Positions 37,116 through 48,854 of a DNA stretch of 64,000 nucleotides are shown one piece after another. Source of the stretch: Mobula hypostoma (Eukaryota); contig NC_086097.1 of the NCBI RefSeq assembly GCF_963921235.1, positions 5,456,001 to 5,520,000 of the forward strand, written 5' to 3'. The translations under genes and the position numbers were made by a program. The notes below the pieces were generated by a model. The model did no database searches. It saw only the letters and a list, made by a program, of their open reading frames with translations, and was not told the DNA's origin. How positions within the stretch are numbered: position 1 is the stretch's first letter; every line of letters starts with the position of its first letter.

Positions 37116-37854
37116 CAATGTCAGTCAGATTGATTCCAACTTTACCTTGCAGTTTGCAGATAAAGCACATCTTCATTCAAATAGAAGTTAATGATAACAA
37201 GTTGCCAGTTTAAAACAGATCCTGCACCTTAACTTTGGTTCCCTTATTACTGAAATCTGAGTCCCTCAACTGTACGGACACTGATATTGACATAAATGCT
37301 TGGTCATTTGAAAGCTTCTTTCAAGTCTTTTCTTGGGTTTTCTGTGTACCTGAATACACCATTGGGACTGAGATTGGTGCAGTTACTGATTACACATCAA
37401 TCCAAAATGATCTTAAGATCAGACCTTAGTCTGAGTGAACTCCTGATTCAATGATCTGACTTTTCTGGACAAAGAACTGAGCAGGGCCAATAGATAGGCC
37501 TGATGACAAACAGTCAGAGAGGTGCTGGAGATCGGATCCCACCCACAATGCTCATGGACTGTTTGTCCCATTCCCATCGGGGAGGAGGCTACGTAGCATC
37601 CACACCAGGACCACCAGACTCAAAAAGAATTATTTTCCCCATTTAATAAGTCTGATCAACACCCTCACACACGAACCCACCTCTTCACACTCCCACCACT
37701 ACAACTTTATCATTTCCTGTCAGAGTCAACCTTGGATCCACAGACCCCTTACTTATTGGTATTGGTCCATGGCATAAAAAAGGTGCAAAACCCCTTTTTT
37801 ATAGACACTTTTTTCTGGGAAATGATCACTGCAAACAATAGCCTGTAACTTAGA

Positions 37855-38500
37855 AGATAAAAACAAAAGAAATAGGAGCAGGCATAGCCAGCTCCGCCAT
37901 TCAATAAGATCATGGCTGATCTGACCGTGGACTCATCTCGATCTATCTGCCTTTTCCCCATATCCCTTAATTCCCCGACTATGCAAAAATCTATCCAACC
38001 TTGTCTTAAATATATTTACTGAGGTACCCTCCATTACTTCACTGGGCAGAGAATTCCACAGAATCACCACTTTCTGCGAAAAGGAATTCCTCCTCTTCCC
38101 CATCCTAAATTTACTCCTCCGAGTCTTGAGGCTATGACCCCTAGTTCTAGTCTTATCCACAAGTGGAAACAGCTTTCCTGCCTCTATCTCATCTATCCCT
38201 TTTATATTTTATTATTTTTCTATAAAATCTCCTCTCATCCTTCTGAATTCCAGTGAGTACAGTCCCAGATGACTCTAGCTCTCCTCATAGTCTAACCCCC
38301 TCATCTCTAGAATCAACCTGGTGAACCTCCTCTGCACCTCCTCCAAAGCCAGTATATATTTCCTCAAGTATGGAGACCAGAACTGCATGCGGTACTCCAA
38401 GTGCGGTCTCACGAGTTCCGTTTCCAGTTGCAGCATAACCTCCCTGCTCTCAAATTTGATCCCTCTAGCAATGAAGGCCAACATTCTATTTGCCTTCCTG
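37855..38500 (-). mobile_element. CR1 3' fragment
   Basis: ORFs 37933..38160(-) and 38275..38526(-), the latter with LVRPHLEYRMQFWSP. Confidence 0.8.
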
Positions 38501-39220
38501 AAGAATGGTGAAGACAAGAGGAACACTATCCTTGGTCAGGTGGCAGGAGGATGGGGTGAGGGCCGATGTGCGTGAAATCGAAGCAATGTGGTTGAGGGCA
38601 GTGTTGATGCTGGAGGAAGGGAAGCTCCTTTCTTTGAAGAAGGAAGACATCTTTTTTCTGGAATGAAAAGCCTCATCCTGAGAGTAGATGCATTGGGGAT
38701 GTTGGAATTGAGTATAGGGAATGGTATTTTTACAAGTAACAGGTTGAGAAGAGGTATACTCTAAGTAGCTGTGAGAATCAGTGGCTTTATAATAGACATC
38801 AGTAGATAAGCTGTTTCCAGGGATAGAGGCAGAGATCAAGAAAGGGGAGGGAGGTATTAGAAATGGACCAGGTAAATTTGAGGGCAGGGGGGTAGTTGGA
38901 GACAAAGTTGTTGAGGCCTCATTTCTTTCTTCCATGGCCTTCTGTCCTCTCCTATCAGATTCCTCCTTCTCAAGCCCTGTATCTCTTTCACCAATCAACT
39001 CCCCAGCTCTTTACTTCACTCCTCCTCCCCCTCCTCCTTGTCTGCTGGTTTCACCTATCACTGTGTATTTCATCCTCCCCTCCCCCACCTTTTCACTCTG
39101 ACTTCTCATCTTTTTTTTCTCCAGTCCTGTTGAAGGGTCTTGGCCCAAAATATAAACTCTACTCTTTTCCATAGATGCTGCATGACCTGCTGAGTTCCTC
39201 CAGCATTTTGTTGTATAAAG
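38500..39220. mobile_element. Older PLE fragment (minus-strand RT C-terminus joined to a + strand pLTR)
   Basis: ORF 38486..38998(-) has STDVYYKATDSHSYL...IPYTQF; degenerate hammerhead at ~39123-39160. Confidence 0.7.
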
Positions 39221-39239
39221 TACATACAGTTTATTCTTT

Positions 39240-40830
39240 TCTGGAATGGTTCCAGAAGATTTGAAAGTTGCAAATTTCACTCCGCTCTTCAAGAACGGAG
39301 AGAGTCAGAAGAAAGGAAATTATAGGCTGGTTACTCTGACCTCAGTGGTTGGGAAAATGTTGGAGTCAATTGTTAAAGATGTAGTTCTGGGGTACTTGGA
39401 GGCACATGATAAAATAGGCTGAAGTCAGCATGGTTTCCTTAAAGAAAAATCTTGTCTGACAAATCTGTTGGAATTCTTTGAAGAAGTAACAACGAGGATA
39501 GACAAAGGAGAATTGGCTGATGTTGTGCATTTGGATTTTCAGAAGGCCTTTGACAAGGTGCTGCACATGAAGCTGTTTAACAAGCTACGAGCCCACGGTA
39601 TTACAGGAAAAATTCTAGCATGGATGAAGCAGTGGCTGATTGGCAGAAGGCAAAGAGTGGGAATAAAGTGAGCCTTTTCTGACTGGTTGCTGGTGATGAG
39701 TGGTGCTCTACAGGGTCTGTGTTGGGGCTGATTCTTTTTATGTTATATATCATTGTTTTAGATGATGGAATTGATGGCTTTGTTGTAAAGTTTGTAGAAT
39801 GATAAGAAGATAGGTGGAGGAACAGTTAGTTTTGAGGAAGTAGAGGGGCTACAGAAGGACTTAGCTGGTTTAGGAGAATAGGCAAAGAAATGGCAGATAG
39901 AGTATAGTGTTAAGAAGTGTATGGTCATGCACATTGGTAGAAGAAACAAAAGGGTTAACTATTCTGTAACTGAAGAGATGAAAAGTGTGGTGAAATAGCA
40001 CTTGGAAATCGTTATGTAGGATTCCCTAAAGGTTAAATTGCCGACTGAGTCTGCAGTGAGGAAGGCAATTGCAATGTTAGCATATACTTCAAGGGGACTA
40101 GAATATAAAAGCAATGATGTAATGTTGAAACTTTTTAAAGGACTGGTGAGGCCTCACTTGGAGAATTGTAAGCAGGTTTAGGCCCCTCATCTTAGAAAGA
40201 ATGTGCCGAAAATGGTGAGAGTTCAAAGGAGGTTCATGTAAATGATTTCAGTATTGAATAGATTGTCATACAAAGAAGAATGAGTGATGACCTCATTGAA
40301 ACCCATCAATTGGTGAAAGGCTTTGATATAGTGGACGCAGAGAGGATGTTTCCTATGGGGGGAGAGTCTAAGACCAGAGGACTCAGCCTCACAATAGATG
40401 GTCATCCTTTTTGAATGGAGGTGAGGAGGAATTTCTTTAACTAGAGAGTGGTGAATTCTTTGCCACAGGCAGCTGTGGAGGCTAAGACTTTATGTATATT
40501 TAAGACAGAGGTTGATAGATTCTTGTTTGGTCAGAGCATGAATGGGTACGGGGACAAGGCAGTAGATTGGGGCTGAAAGGAAAATCGGATCAACCATGAT
40601 GAAATGGCGGAGCAGACTTGATAGGCCAAATGGCCTAATTCTGCTCTTATATCTTATGTTCTTATATCAAATTTTGAAAAGCCCATAATGAATATTGAAG
40701 AGTAGATGTGAGGAGAATGTTTCCTGTTGTGGCAGAGGACATGACCCCCCAGAAGAGAAGGGCATACATTTAGAATGGAGATGAAGGAGAATTTCTTTAG
40801 CCGAAGGGTGGAGAATCTGTGGAATGGGTC
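39240..40830 (+). mobile_element. Decayed CR1 LINE (RT to 3' UTR)
   Basis: LDFQKAFDKVLH (ORF 39468..39671), many stops, CR1 tail at ~40600-40665. Confidence 0.8.
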
Positions 40831-41175
40831 TGAGAGGTCTTTTCGAATAAGTCCACTCAAAACCACTTCACTTTCAAATTGAACAAATGATCATATTACC
40901 AGTGATATGTTTGGAAGCTTCATAGACTTAAGGTCTGTTAGGTTTTTGAGATGTCTCAAAAAGGTGGCATCTATCATTTAGGATCCCATCACCCAGGACA
41001 TGCCCTCTTCTCATTGATACCATCAGGGAGGAGGTGCAACAGCCCGAAGACACAAACTCAATGTTTTAGGAGTAGCTTCTCCATCTCCACCATAAGATTT
41101 CTGAATGGACATTGAACACTACCACATGAGACTTTTTCTTTGTTGCTCCATTTGTAATTTTTTTTGTACTTTGCA

Positions 41176-44100
41176 AACACAGGAAACCTACAGCAGAATA
41201 CAGGCCCTTCAGCCCACAAAGCTGTACCGAACACCTAATTACTTTAGAAATTTCCTAGGGTTACCCATAGCCCTCTATTTTTCTAAGCTCCATGTACCTA
41301 TCCAGGAATCTCATAAAAGACCCTATTGTTTCCGCCTCCACTATCGTCGCCGGCAGCCCATTCCACGCACTCACCACTCTGTGTGAAAAACCTACCCCTG
41401 ACATCTCCTCTGTACCTACTTCCAAGCACCTTAAAACAGTGCCCTCTCGTGCTAGCCATTTCAGCCCTGGGAAAACGCCTCTTACTATCCACACAATCAA
41501 TGCTTCTCATAATCCTATACGGCTCTATCAGGTCATCTCTCATCCTCCACCACTCCAAGGAGAAAAGGCCAAGTTCACTCAACCTATTCTCATAAGGCAT
41601 GCTCCCCAATCCAGGCAACATCATTGTAAATCTCCTCTGCACCCTTTCGATATTTTCCACATCCTTCCTGTAGTGAGGTGACCAGAACTGAGCACAGTAC
41701 TCCAAGTGGGGTCTGATCAGGATCCTATATAGCTGCAATATTACCTCTCAGCTCTTAACCTCAATCCCATGATTGATGAAGGCCAATGCACCGTATGCCT
41801 TCTTAACCACAGAGTCAACCTGCGTAGTAACTTTGAGTGTCCTATGGACTCGGACCCTAAGATCCCTCTGATCCTCCATACTGTCAAGAGTCTTACCATT
41901 AATACTATATTCTGCCAATATCTGGGTTGAACTCTATCTGCCACTTCTCAGCCCAGTTTTGCATCATATCAATATCCCGTTGTAACCTCTGGCAGCCCAC
42001 CACACTATCCATAGCACCCCCAACCTTTGTGTCATTGGCAAACTTACTAACCCAGCCCCCCACTTCCTCATCCAGATCATTTATAAAGATCACGAAGAGT
42101 CCCCGAACAGATCCCTGAGGCACCCAACTGGTCACCGACCTCCATGTAGAATATGACCAGTCTACAACCACATTTTGTTTTCTGTGGACAAACCAATTCT
42201 GGATCCACAAAGCAAGATCCACTAGGATCCCATGCCTCCTTACTTTCTCAATAAGCCTTGCATGGGGTACCTCATCAAATGCCTTGCTGAAATCCATATA
42301 CACTACATCTACTGCTTTACCTTCATCAATGTGTTTAGTCACATCCTCAAGTAATTCAATCAGGCTTGTATGACCTGCCTTTGACAAAGCCATGATGACT
42401 AATTATATTATGCTTCTCCAAATGTTCATAAATCCTGCCTCTCAGAATATTTTCCATCAACTTACCAACCACTGAAATAAGACTCACTGGTCTATAATGC
42501 CCTGGGCTTTCTCTACTCCCTTTTTTGAATAAGGAAACAACATCTGCAACCCTTCAATGCTCTGGAACCTCTCCCATCCTCATTGATGATGCAAGGATCA
42601 TTGCCAGAGTCTCAGCAATCTCCTCCCTCGCCTCCCACAGTAGCCTGGGATACATCTCATCCTGGCGGAAACTTATCCAACTTGATGCTTTCCAAAAGCT
42701 CCAGCACATCGTCTTCCTTAATGTCTATATGCTCAAGATTTTCAGTCTGGTGCAAGTCATCCCTAGAATCGCCAAGATCCTTTTCCATAGTGAATACTGA
42801 AGCAAAGTATTCATTAAGTACCTCGGTTATCTCCTCCGGTTCCATACACACTTACCCATTGTCACACTTGATTGGTCCTATTATCTCAGGGGTCCCCAAC
42901 CTTTTTTGCACTGCGGACCGGCCGACCCGGGGCGGGGGGGGGGCGGTTAGGGTTGCCAATGTTCAAGAGTAGCAGTCAAATACGTTGGGTTTACCACCTG
43001 AAATACTACAATGACCATGAAGTCTTGCGCGGGCACCAGTGCGCATGCGTAACTTGCGCATGCGTGTACGTGCCAATTTTCTAAAAAATCGTTTTTGGCG
43101 ATTCTAGTTAGGGCGGCGGTGTTAACCACGACGGAATATAGGTAATAAGTGGCTAATACACTCAATTTCGTTTCTAAAAGGGTTTATCTAACGAATTTAA
43201 TATTAAACACACAGCGCATATTTTCCTCGCATGAATATAGCGATAAGTCAATTATCAGAGGAGTTTGAAGTAAGTGTTGAACGAACTTCCAGTAGAAGTG
43301 GTAGAGGCAGGTTCGATATTGTCATTTAAAGAAAAATTGGATAGATATATGGACAGGAAAGGAATGGAGGGTTATGGGCTGAGTGCAGGTCGGTGGGACT
43401 AGGTGGAGAGTGGCGTTCGGCACGGACTAGAAGGACAGAGATGGCCTGTTTCCGTGCTGTAATTGTTATATGGTTATATAAGTCACTTATAATAGCATCA
43501 TAATATTTTAAGTAACATTTGGATGTTAAATACACAGCGCATATTTTCCTCGTATGAACATATAAAATCATTGCAACGCACCAATATCGCTGAATCAGTG
43601 GGAGGCCTGGGCTGAATACTTGTTCCCTGCAACAAGACGGTGCCATCGAGGGGTGATGGGAGACAGCGATACTCGAAGGGGGTTCCTTATGTCCAGCTAT
43701 TCCACGATTTAGTTTTCGTTGTATTCATTGCAGAGATATGTTTGAAATGGAAGCAACGTTTTCAGTGCTTTCGTGAATATCTCAGGATATTTAGCCTTAA
43801 CTTTGATCCAGAATGCTGGCAGAGATGTTATGTCAAACATACTTTTCAGCCTGCCGTCATTTGCAAGCTCCAGGAGTTGATCTCCTTCCTGCGCTGACAT
43901 GGGTGACGCGCGGGTAATGACCTCGTGTGCGTTCAAGCTCCACAGTGTGTGACAGGGAATGAGGAAAAGTGCAGCTGACTCCTATTGCCAAATCATATCG
44001 TTTCCTCACGGCCCGGTGGTTGGGGACCGCTGTTTTATCTCAGGTCTTATTCTCTTGTAGAACGCCCTTTTCTTTAATCTTGCTCGCCAAGATCTCCTCA

Positions 44101-45229
44101 TGGCCCCTTCTGGCTCTTCTAATTTCATTCTTAAGATCCCTCCTGCTAGCCTTATAATCTTCTAGATCTCTGTCATTACCTAGTTTTTTGAACCTTTCGA
44201 AAGCTTTCATTTTCCTCTTGACTAGATTTTCAACAGCCTTTGTACACCACGGTTCCTGTTCCATACCATTCTTTCCCTGTCTTATTGCAGAACTCCACAC
44301 AAATATCCCCTGAACATTTGCCACATTTCTGCCATACATTTCCCTGAGAACATCTTTTCCTAATTTATGCTTCTAAGTTCCTGCCTAATAGCCCCTTACT
44401 CCAATTAAATGCTTTTCTAACTTGTCTGTTCCTATCCCTCTCCAATGCTATAGTAAAGGAGATAGAATTGTGATCACTATCTCCAAAATGCTCTCCCACT
44501 GAGAGATCTGACACTTGACCAGGTTCATTTTCCAATACCAGATCAAGTGCAGCCTCTCATCCTGTAGGCTTATCCACATATTGTGTCAGGAAACCTTCCT
44601 GAACACACCTATCAAACTCCACCCCATCTAAACCCCTTGCTCTAGGGAGATGCCAATCAATATTTAGGAAATTAAAATCTCCCACCACAACAACCCTGTT
44701 ATTATTACACCTTTCCAGAATCTGTCTCCCTATCTGCTCCTCAACGTCCCTGTTACTATTGGGTGATCTATAAAAAACAGCCAGTAGAGATATTGACCCC
44801 TTCCTGTTTCTAACTTCCACCCACAGAGACTCCGTAGACAACCCCTCCATGACGTCCTCCTTTTCTGCAGCCGTGACACTATCTCTGATCAGCAGTGCCA
44901 CGCCCCCAACCTCTTTTGCCTTCCTCCCTGTCCTTTCTGAAACATCTAAAGCCTGGCACTCTAAGTAACCATTCCTGCCCCTGAGCCACCCAAGTCTCTG
45001 TGACGGCCACCACATCATAGCTCTAAGTACTGCTCCAGGCGCTAAGCTCATCTGCTTTGTTCATGATGCATCTTGCTTTAAAATACAGACATCTCAAACC
45101 ATCGGTCTGATCGCATCCCTTCTCTATTACCTGCCTATCCGTCCTCTCGCACTGTCTCCAAGCTTTCTCTATCTGTGAGCCAACCGCCCCTTCCTTCGTC
45201 TCTTCAGTTTGGTTCCCATCCTCCAGCAA
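41176..45229 (-). mobile_element. Long CR1 LINE with internal deletions (endonuclease to 3' end), carrying hAT copy 3
   Basis: APE motifs GGVALLIRD, ESLWVEV, YRSPN and VGDFNF (44557..45051); RT YMDFSKAFDEVPH (41905..42393); 8-bp TSD ACTTTGCA (41168-41175, 45230-45237). Confidence 0.9.
42887..44032 (-). mobile_element. Non-autonomous composite hAT element, copy 3
   Basis: Same TIRs as copies 1 and 2; TSD TATTATCT / TTTTATCT (42879-42886, 44033-44040; 1 mismatch); transposase remnant 43709..43936(-). Confidence 0.9.
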
Positions 45230-45704
45230 ACTTTGCAGCCTTGCTTCAGCTGTGTTTTGAGGTTCATAAGAGCTGTCTTTTTGCATGGGATTTCTCAAGA
45301 TATGGATCCTATTAGAAGTTGCTTCTGCTGATTCTTGTGCGGGCTTCATCAGCTGCCAGTCCCAGAGATGCCAAATTTTGACTCTGCTACTCTGATTCAT
45401 ACCACATCCTCCTCTGAAGAATCAGCTGGACAAAGTAAGTTTGAGAAAAGGCAAACAGATTAAAATTCAAAAAAGATAAGGTAAATCAGTTTGTATTGCA
45501 GATAAGTAGAATAATTAGACTCCTACTGTAGCAGAAGATTTAATGAATAGAAACATTGTTATTCACAACTTCTTATGAAGAAATAACTGCATTATGTCAG
45601 TGTATATTTCTTCTCCACCACCATCAGATTTCTGAATAGACCATGAACACTACTTTTTCATTATTTTTTTCTCTTTTTTCTCTCGCTTTTTGCACAACCT
45701 ATTT

Positions 45705-46290
45705 GGTCAGCAGCCATCTGTCTCAAAGGACAATGGGTGATAATCATTGTCATCACAAGCCTGGGCAGAAGGTAGTTAGATCCTGGGATGCCCAGACGTC
45801 AAGATCCTCCTCTCGGTCTCATCAGTGTAGTCCAAAGGAAAACTAATGAAGCAATACATTTGGCACAAGCTTGCCTGTAGGAGTTGCGGGAAGGATGTTC
45901 AATGATGTTCAGCTGCCTTAGAGAGTCCACTCCGCATTTTCTATAGCCTTCCTCTCTCCCATGGCTGCCCACAAGGTAGTGTGACTCTTTACCCAGAGCT
46001 GGGGAGCTGGTTCACGAGCACCAGTGCGTGTCCACATGCCGGTGGGCCTGCGTGCTATGTGTGCAGGGGCCAGACCTCCTCCCTGTCCTCTGTAGCTCAG
46101 CCTGAGTTCGAAAGGCGTTCAGTTTCCATGTGTCGGCAGTGAGGAGGCACTACATGAGGCCTGCTGATAGAAAGGCTGTGTACTGGTAGGGAGACGCTTA
46201 CACATTCAGATTTAGCCAGTGGTAGAAGCTGAAAGTGATAATGACAAGCACTACCCACCACACTACCTCAATAGATGCATCACAACAACC
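45705..46290 (-). mobile_element. RTE-like non-autonomous element (5' UTR-derived)
   Basis: Segments such as TTTGGCACAAGCTTGCCTGTAGGAGTTGCGGGAAGG and CTGCCTTAGAGAGTCCACTCCG resemble, from memory, RTE/BovB-type 5' regions; no ORF. Confidence 0.45.
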
Positions 46291-46947
46291 ATTTTGACAC
46301 CAATTCTTATTTAATTTATATATATATATATACTGTATATAATATACTGAATGATGCTGTGATATTTCCTAGATTGTGCTGGGTCACATCATCAGTGATG
46401 TAACCTGGGGTCTTTGGGTGTTTCGGCTCTTTCAACATCAGACACTCTTGCCCAGGTGACCCAGCCAGGATTGATCAGGCCCTGGTTTGTGTCCCAATAG
46501 CATTGGTCCAAGCGTCACACTTCTTGGTCTATCTGAAGGCTCACTGGGCAGTCTCAGTAATATCCCTGACAGCTCATTTCTTTGTGGTCCCCATAATGCC
46601 AAGGAGAGAGTAGGTTCTGTGCAGCGAGCAGCCGGTAAAACCTCCACACCCCACCTCTACAGGCTCACATCGTGCCCTCTACCCTGTCTCTGGTACTGCT
46701 CGATCAGCCCTGCTATGTGACTTTCTTACAGTCATATATTCCGATTTTATTTTGCAGTTTTTGTTTTCCATTATTACTGTATGTTTTGCATTGTATTGCT
46801 GCCCCAAAACAACTAATCCCCTGGCATAAGCCAGTGATATTAAACATGACTCTGATTCTAGCAAATACACTAACACCCGTTCTGTCAACACACATCAAAG
46901 TTGCTGGTGAACGCAGCAGGCCAGGCAGCATCTCTAGGAAGAGATGC

Positions 46948-46983
46948 AGTCGACGTTTCGGGCCGAGACCCTTCATCAGGACT
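46948..46983 (-). ncRNA. Minimal hammerhead ribozyme motif (intact core)
   Basis: AGTC CTGATGA AGGGTCTCGGCCC GAAA CG TC^GACT. Confidence 0.8.
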
Positions 46984-48818
46984 AACTGAAGGAAGAGCTA
47001 GTAAGAGATTTGAAAGTGGGAGGGGGAGGAGGAGATCCAACATGGTAGGAGAAGACAGGAGAGGGAGGGATGGAGCCAAGAGCTGGACAGTGGATTGGCA
47101 AAAGGGATATGAGAGGATCATGGGACAGGAGGCCGAGGGAGAAGGAAAGGGGGGAGCAGGAGAAATCTCAGAGGATGGGCAAGGGGTATAGTCAGAGGGA
47201 CAGAGGGAGAAAAAGGAGAGAGAGAGTAAGAATGTGTGTATATAAATAATTAACGGATAGGGTACGAGGGGGAGGTGGGGCCTTAGCGGAAGTTAGAGAA
47301 GTCAATGTTCATGCCGTCAGGTTGGAGGCTACCCAGACGGAATATAAGGTGTTGTTCCTCCAACCTGAGTGTGGCGTCATCTTTACAGTAGAGGAGGCCG
47401 TGGATAGACATATCAGAATGGGAATGGGATGTGGAATTAAAATGTGTGGCCACTGGTAGATCCTGCTTTCTCTGGCGGACAGAGCGTAGGTGTTCAGCAA
47501 AACAATCTCCCAGTCTGCGTCGGGTCTTGCCAATATATAGAAGGCCACATCGGGAGCAACGGACGCAGTATATCACCCCAGCCGACTCACAGGTGAAGTG
47601 TCGCCTCACCTGGAAGGACTGTCTGGGGCCCTGAATGGTGGTAAGGGAGGAAATGTAGGGGCATGTGTAACACTTGTTCCGCTTACGAGGATAAGTGCCA
47701 GGAGGGAGATCAGTGGGGAGGGATGGGGGGGACAAATGGACAAGGGAGTTGCGTTGGGAGCGATCCCTGCAGAAGGCAGAGAGAGGGGGGGAGGGAAAGA
47801 TGTGCTTAATGGTGGGATCCCGTTGGAGGTGGCGGAAGTTATGGAGAATAATATGTTGGACCCGGAGGCCGGTGGGGTGGTAGGTGAGGACCAGGGGAAC
47901 CCTATTCCTAGTGGGGTGGCGGGAGGATGGAGTGAGAGCAGATGTGTGTGAAATGAGGGAGATGCGTTTCAGAGCAGAGTTGATGGTGGAGGAAGGGAAG
48001 CCTCTTTCTTTAAAAAAGGAGGACATCTCCCTCGTCCTGGAACGAAAAGCCTCATCTTGAGAGCAGATGCGGCGGAGATGGAGGAATTGCAAGAAGGGGA
48101 TGGCATTTTTGCAAGAGACAGGATTCCTTGTACACATGCCCTTACACTTCCTCCCTTACCACCATTCAGGGCCCCAGACAGTCCTTCCAGGTGAGGTGAC
48201 ACTTCACCTGTGAGTCGGCTGGGGTGATATACTGCGTCCAGTGCTCCTGATGTGGCCTTCTATATATTGGCGAGTCCCGACGCAGACTGGGAGATCGTTT
48301 TGCTGAACACCTACGCTCTGTCTGCCAGAGAAGGCAGGATCTCCCAGTGGCCACACATTTTAATTCCACATCCCATTCCCATTCTGACATGTCTATCCAC
48401 GGCCTCCTCTACTGTAAAGATGAAACCACACTCAGGTTGGAGGAACAACACTTTCTATTCCGTCTGGGTAGCCTCCAACCTGATGGCATGAACATCAACT
48501 TCTCTAACTTCCACTAATGCCCCACCTCCCCCTCGTACCCCATCCATTATTTATTTATATACACACATTCTTTCTCTCTCTCTCACTTTTTTCTCCCTTT
48601 GTCCCTCTGACTATACCCCTTGCCCATCCTCTGGGTATTTTCCCCCCTCCCCCTTTTCCTTCTCCCTGGGCCTCCTGTCCCATGATCCTCTCATATCCCT
48701 TTTGCCAATCACCTGTCCAGCTCTTGGCTCTATTTTCCCCCTCCTGTCTTCTCCCATCATTTTGGATCTCCCCCTCCCCCTCCCACTTTCAAATCTCTTA
48801 CTAGCTCTTCCTTCAGTT

Positions 48819-48854
48819 AGTCCTGACGAAGGGTCTCGGCCCGAAACGTCGACT
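48819..48854 (+). ncRNA. Minimal hammerhead ribozyme motif (intact core)
   Basis: Stem I AGTC/GACT, core CTGACGA(A), stem II GGGT-CTCG-GCCC, GAAA, palindromic ACGT stem III, predicted GUC cleavage after 48850. Confidence 0.8.

Noticed and set aside
45950..46275. HDV-like ribozyme in the second RTE-like element
   Set aside because: Long-range pairing (GGTAGTGTG/CACACTACC) is visible, but I could not place convincing P2, P3 and J4/2 elements.
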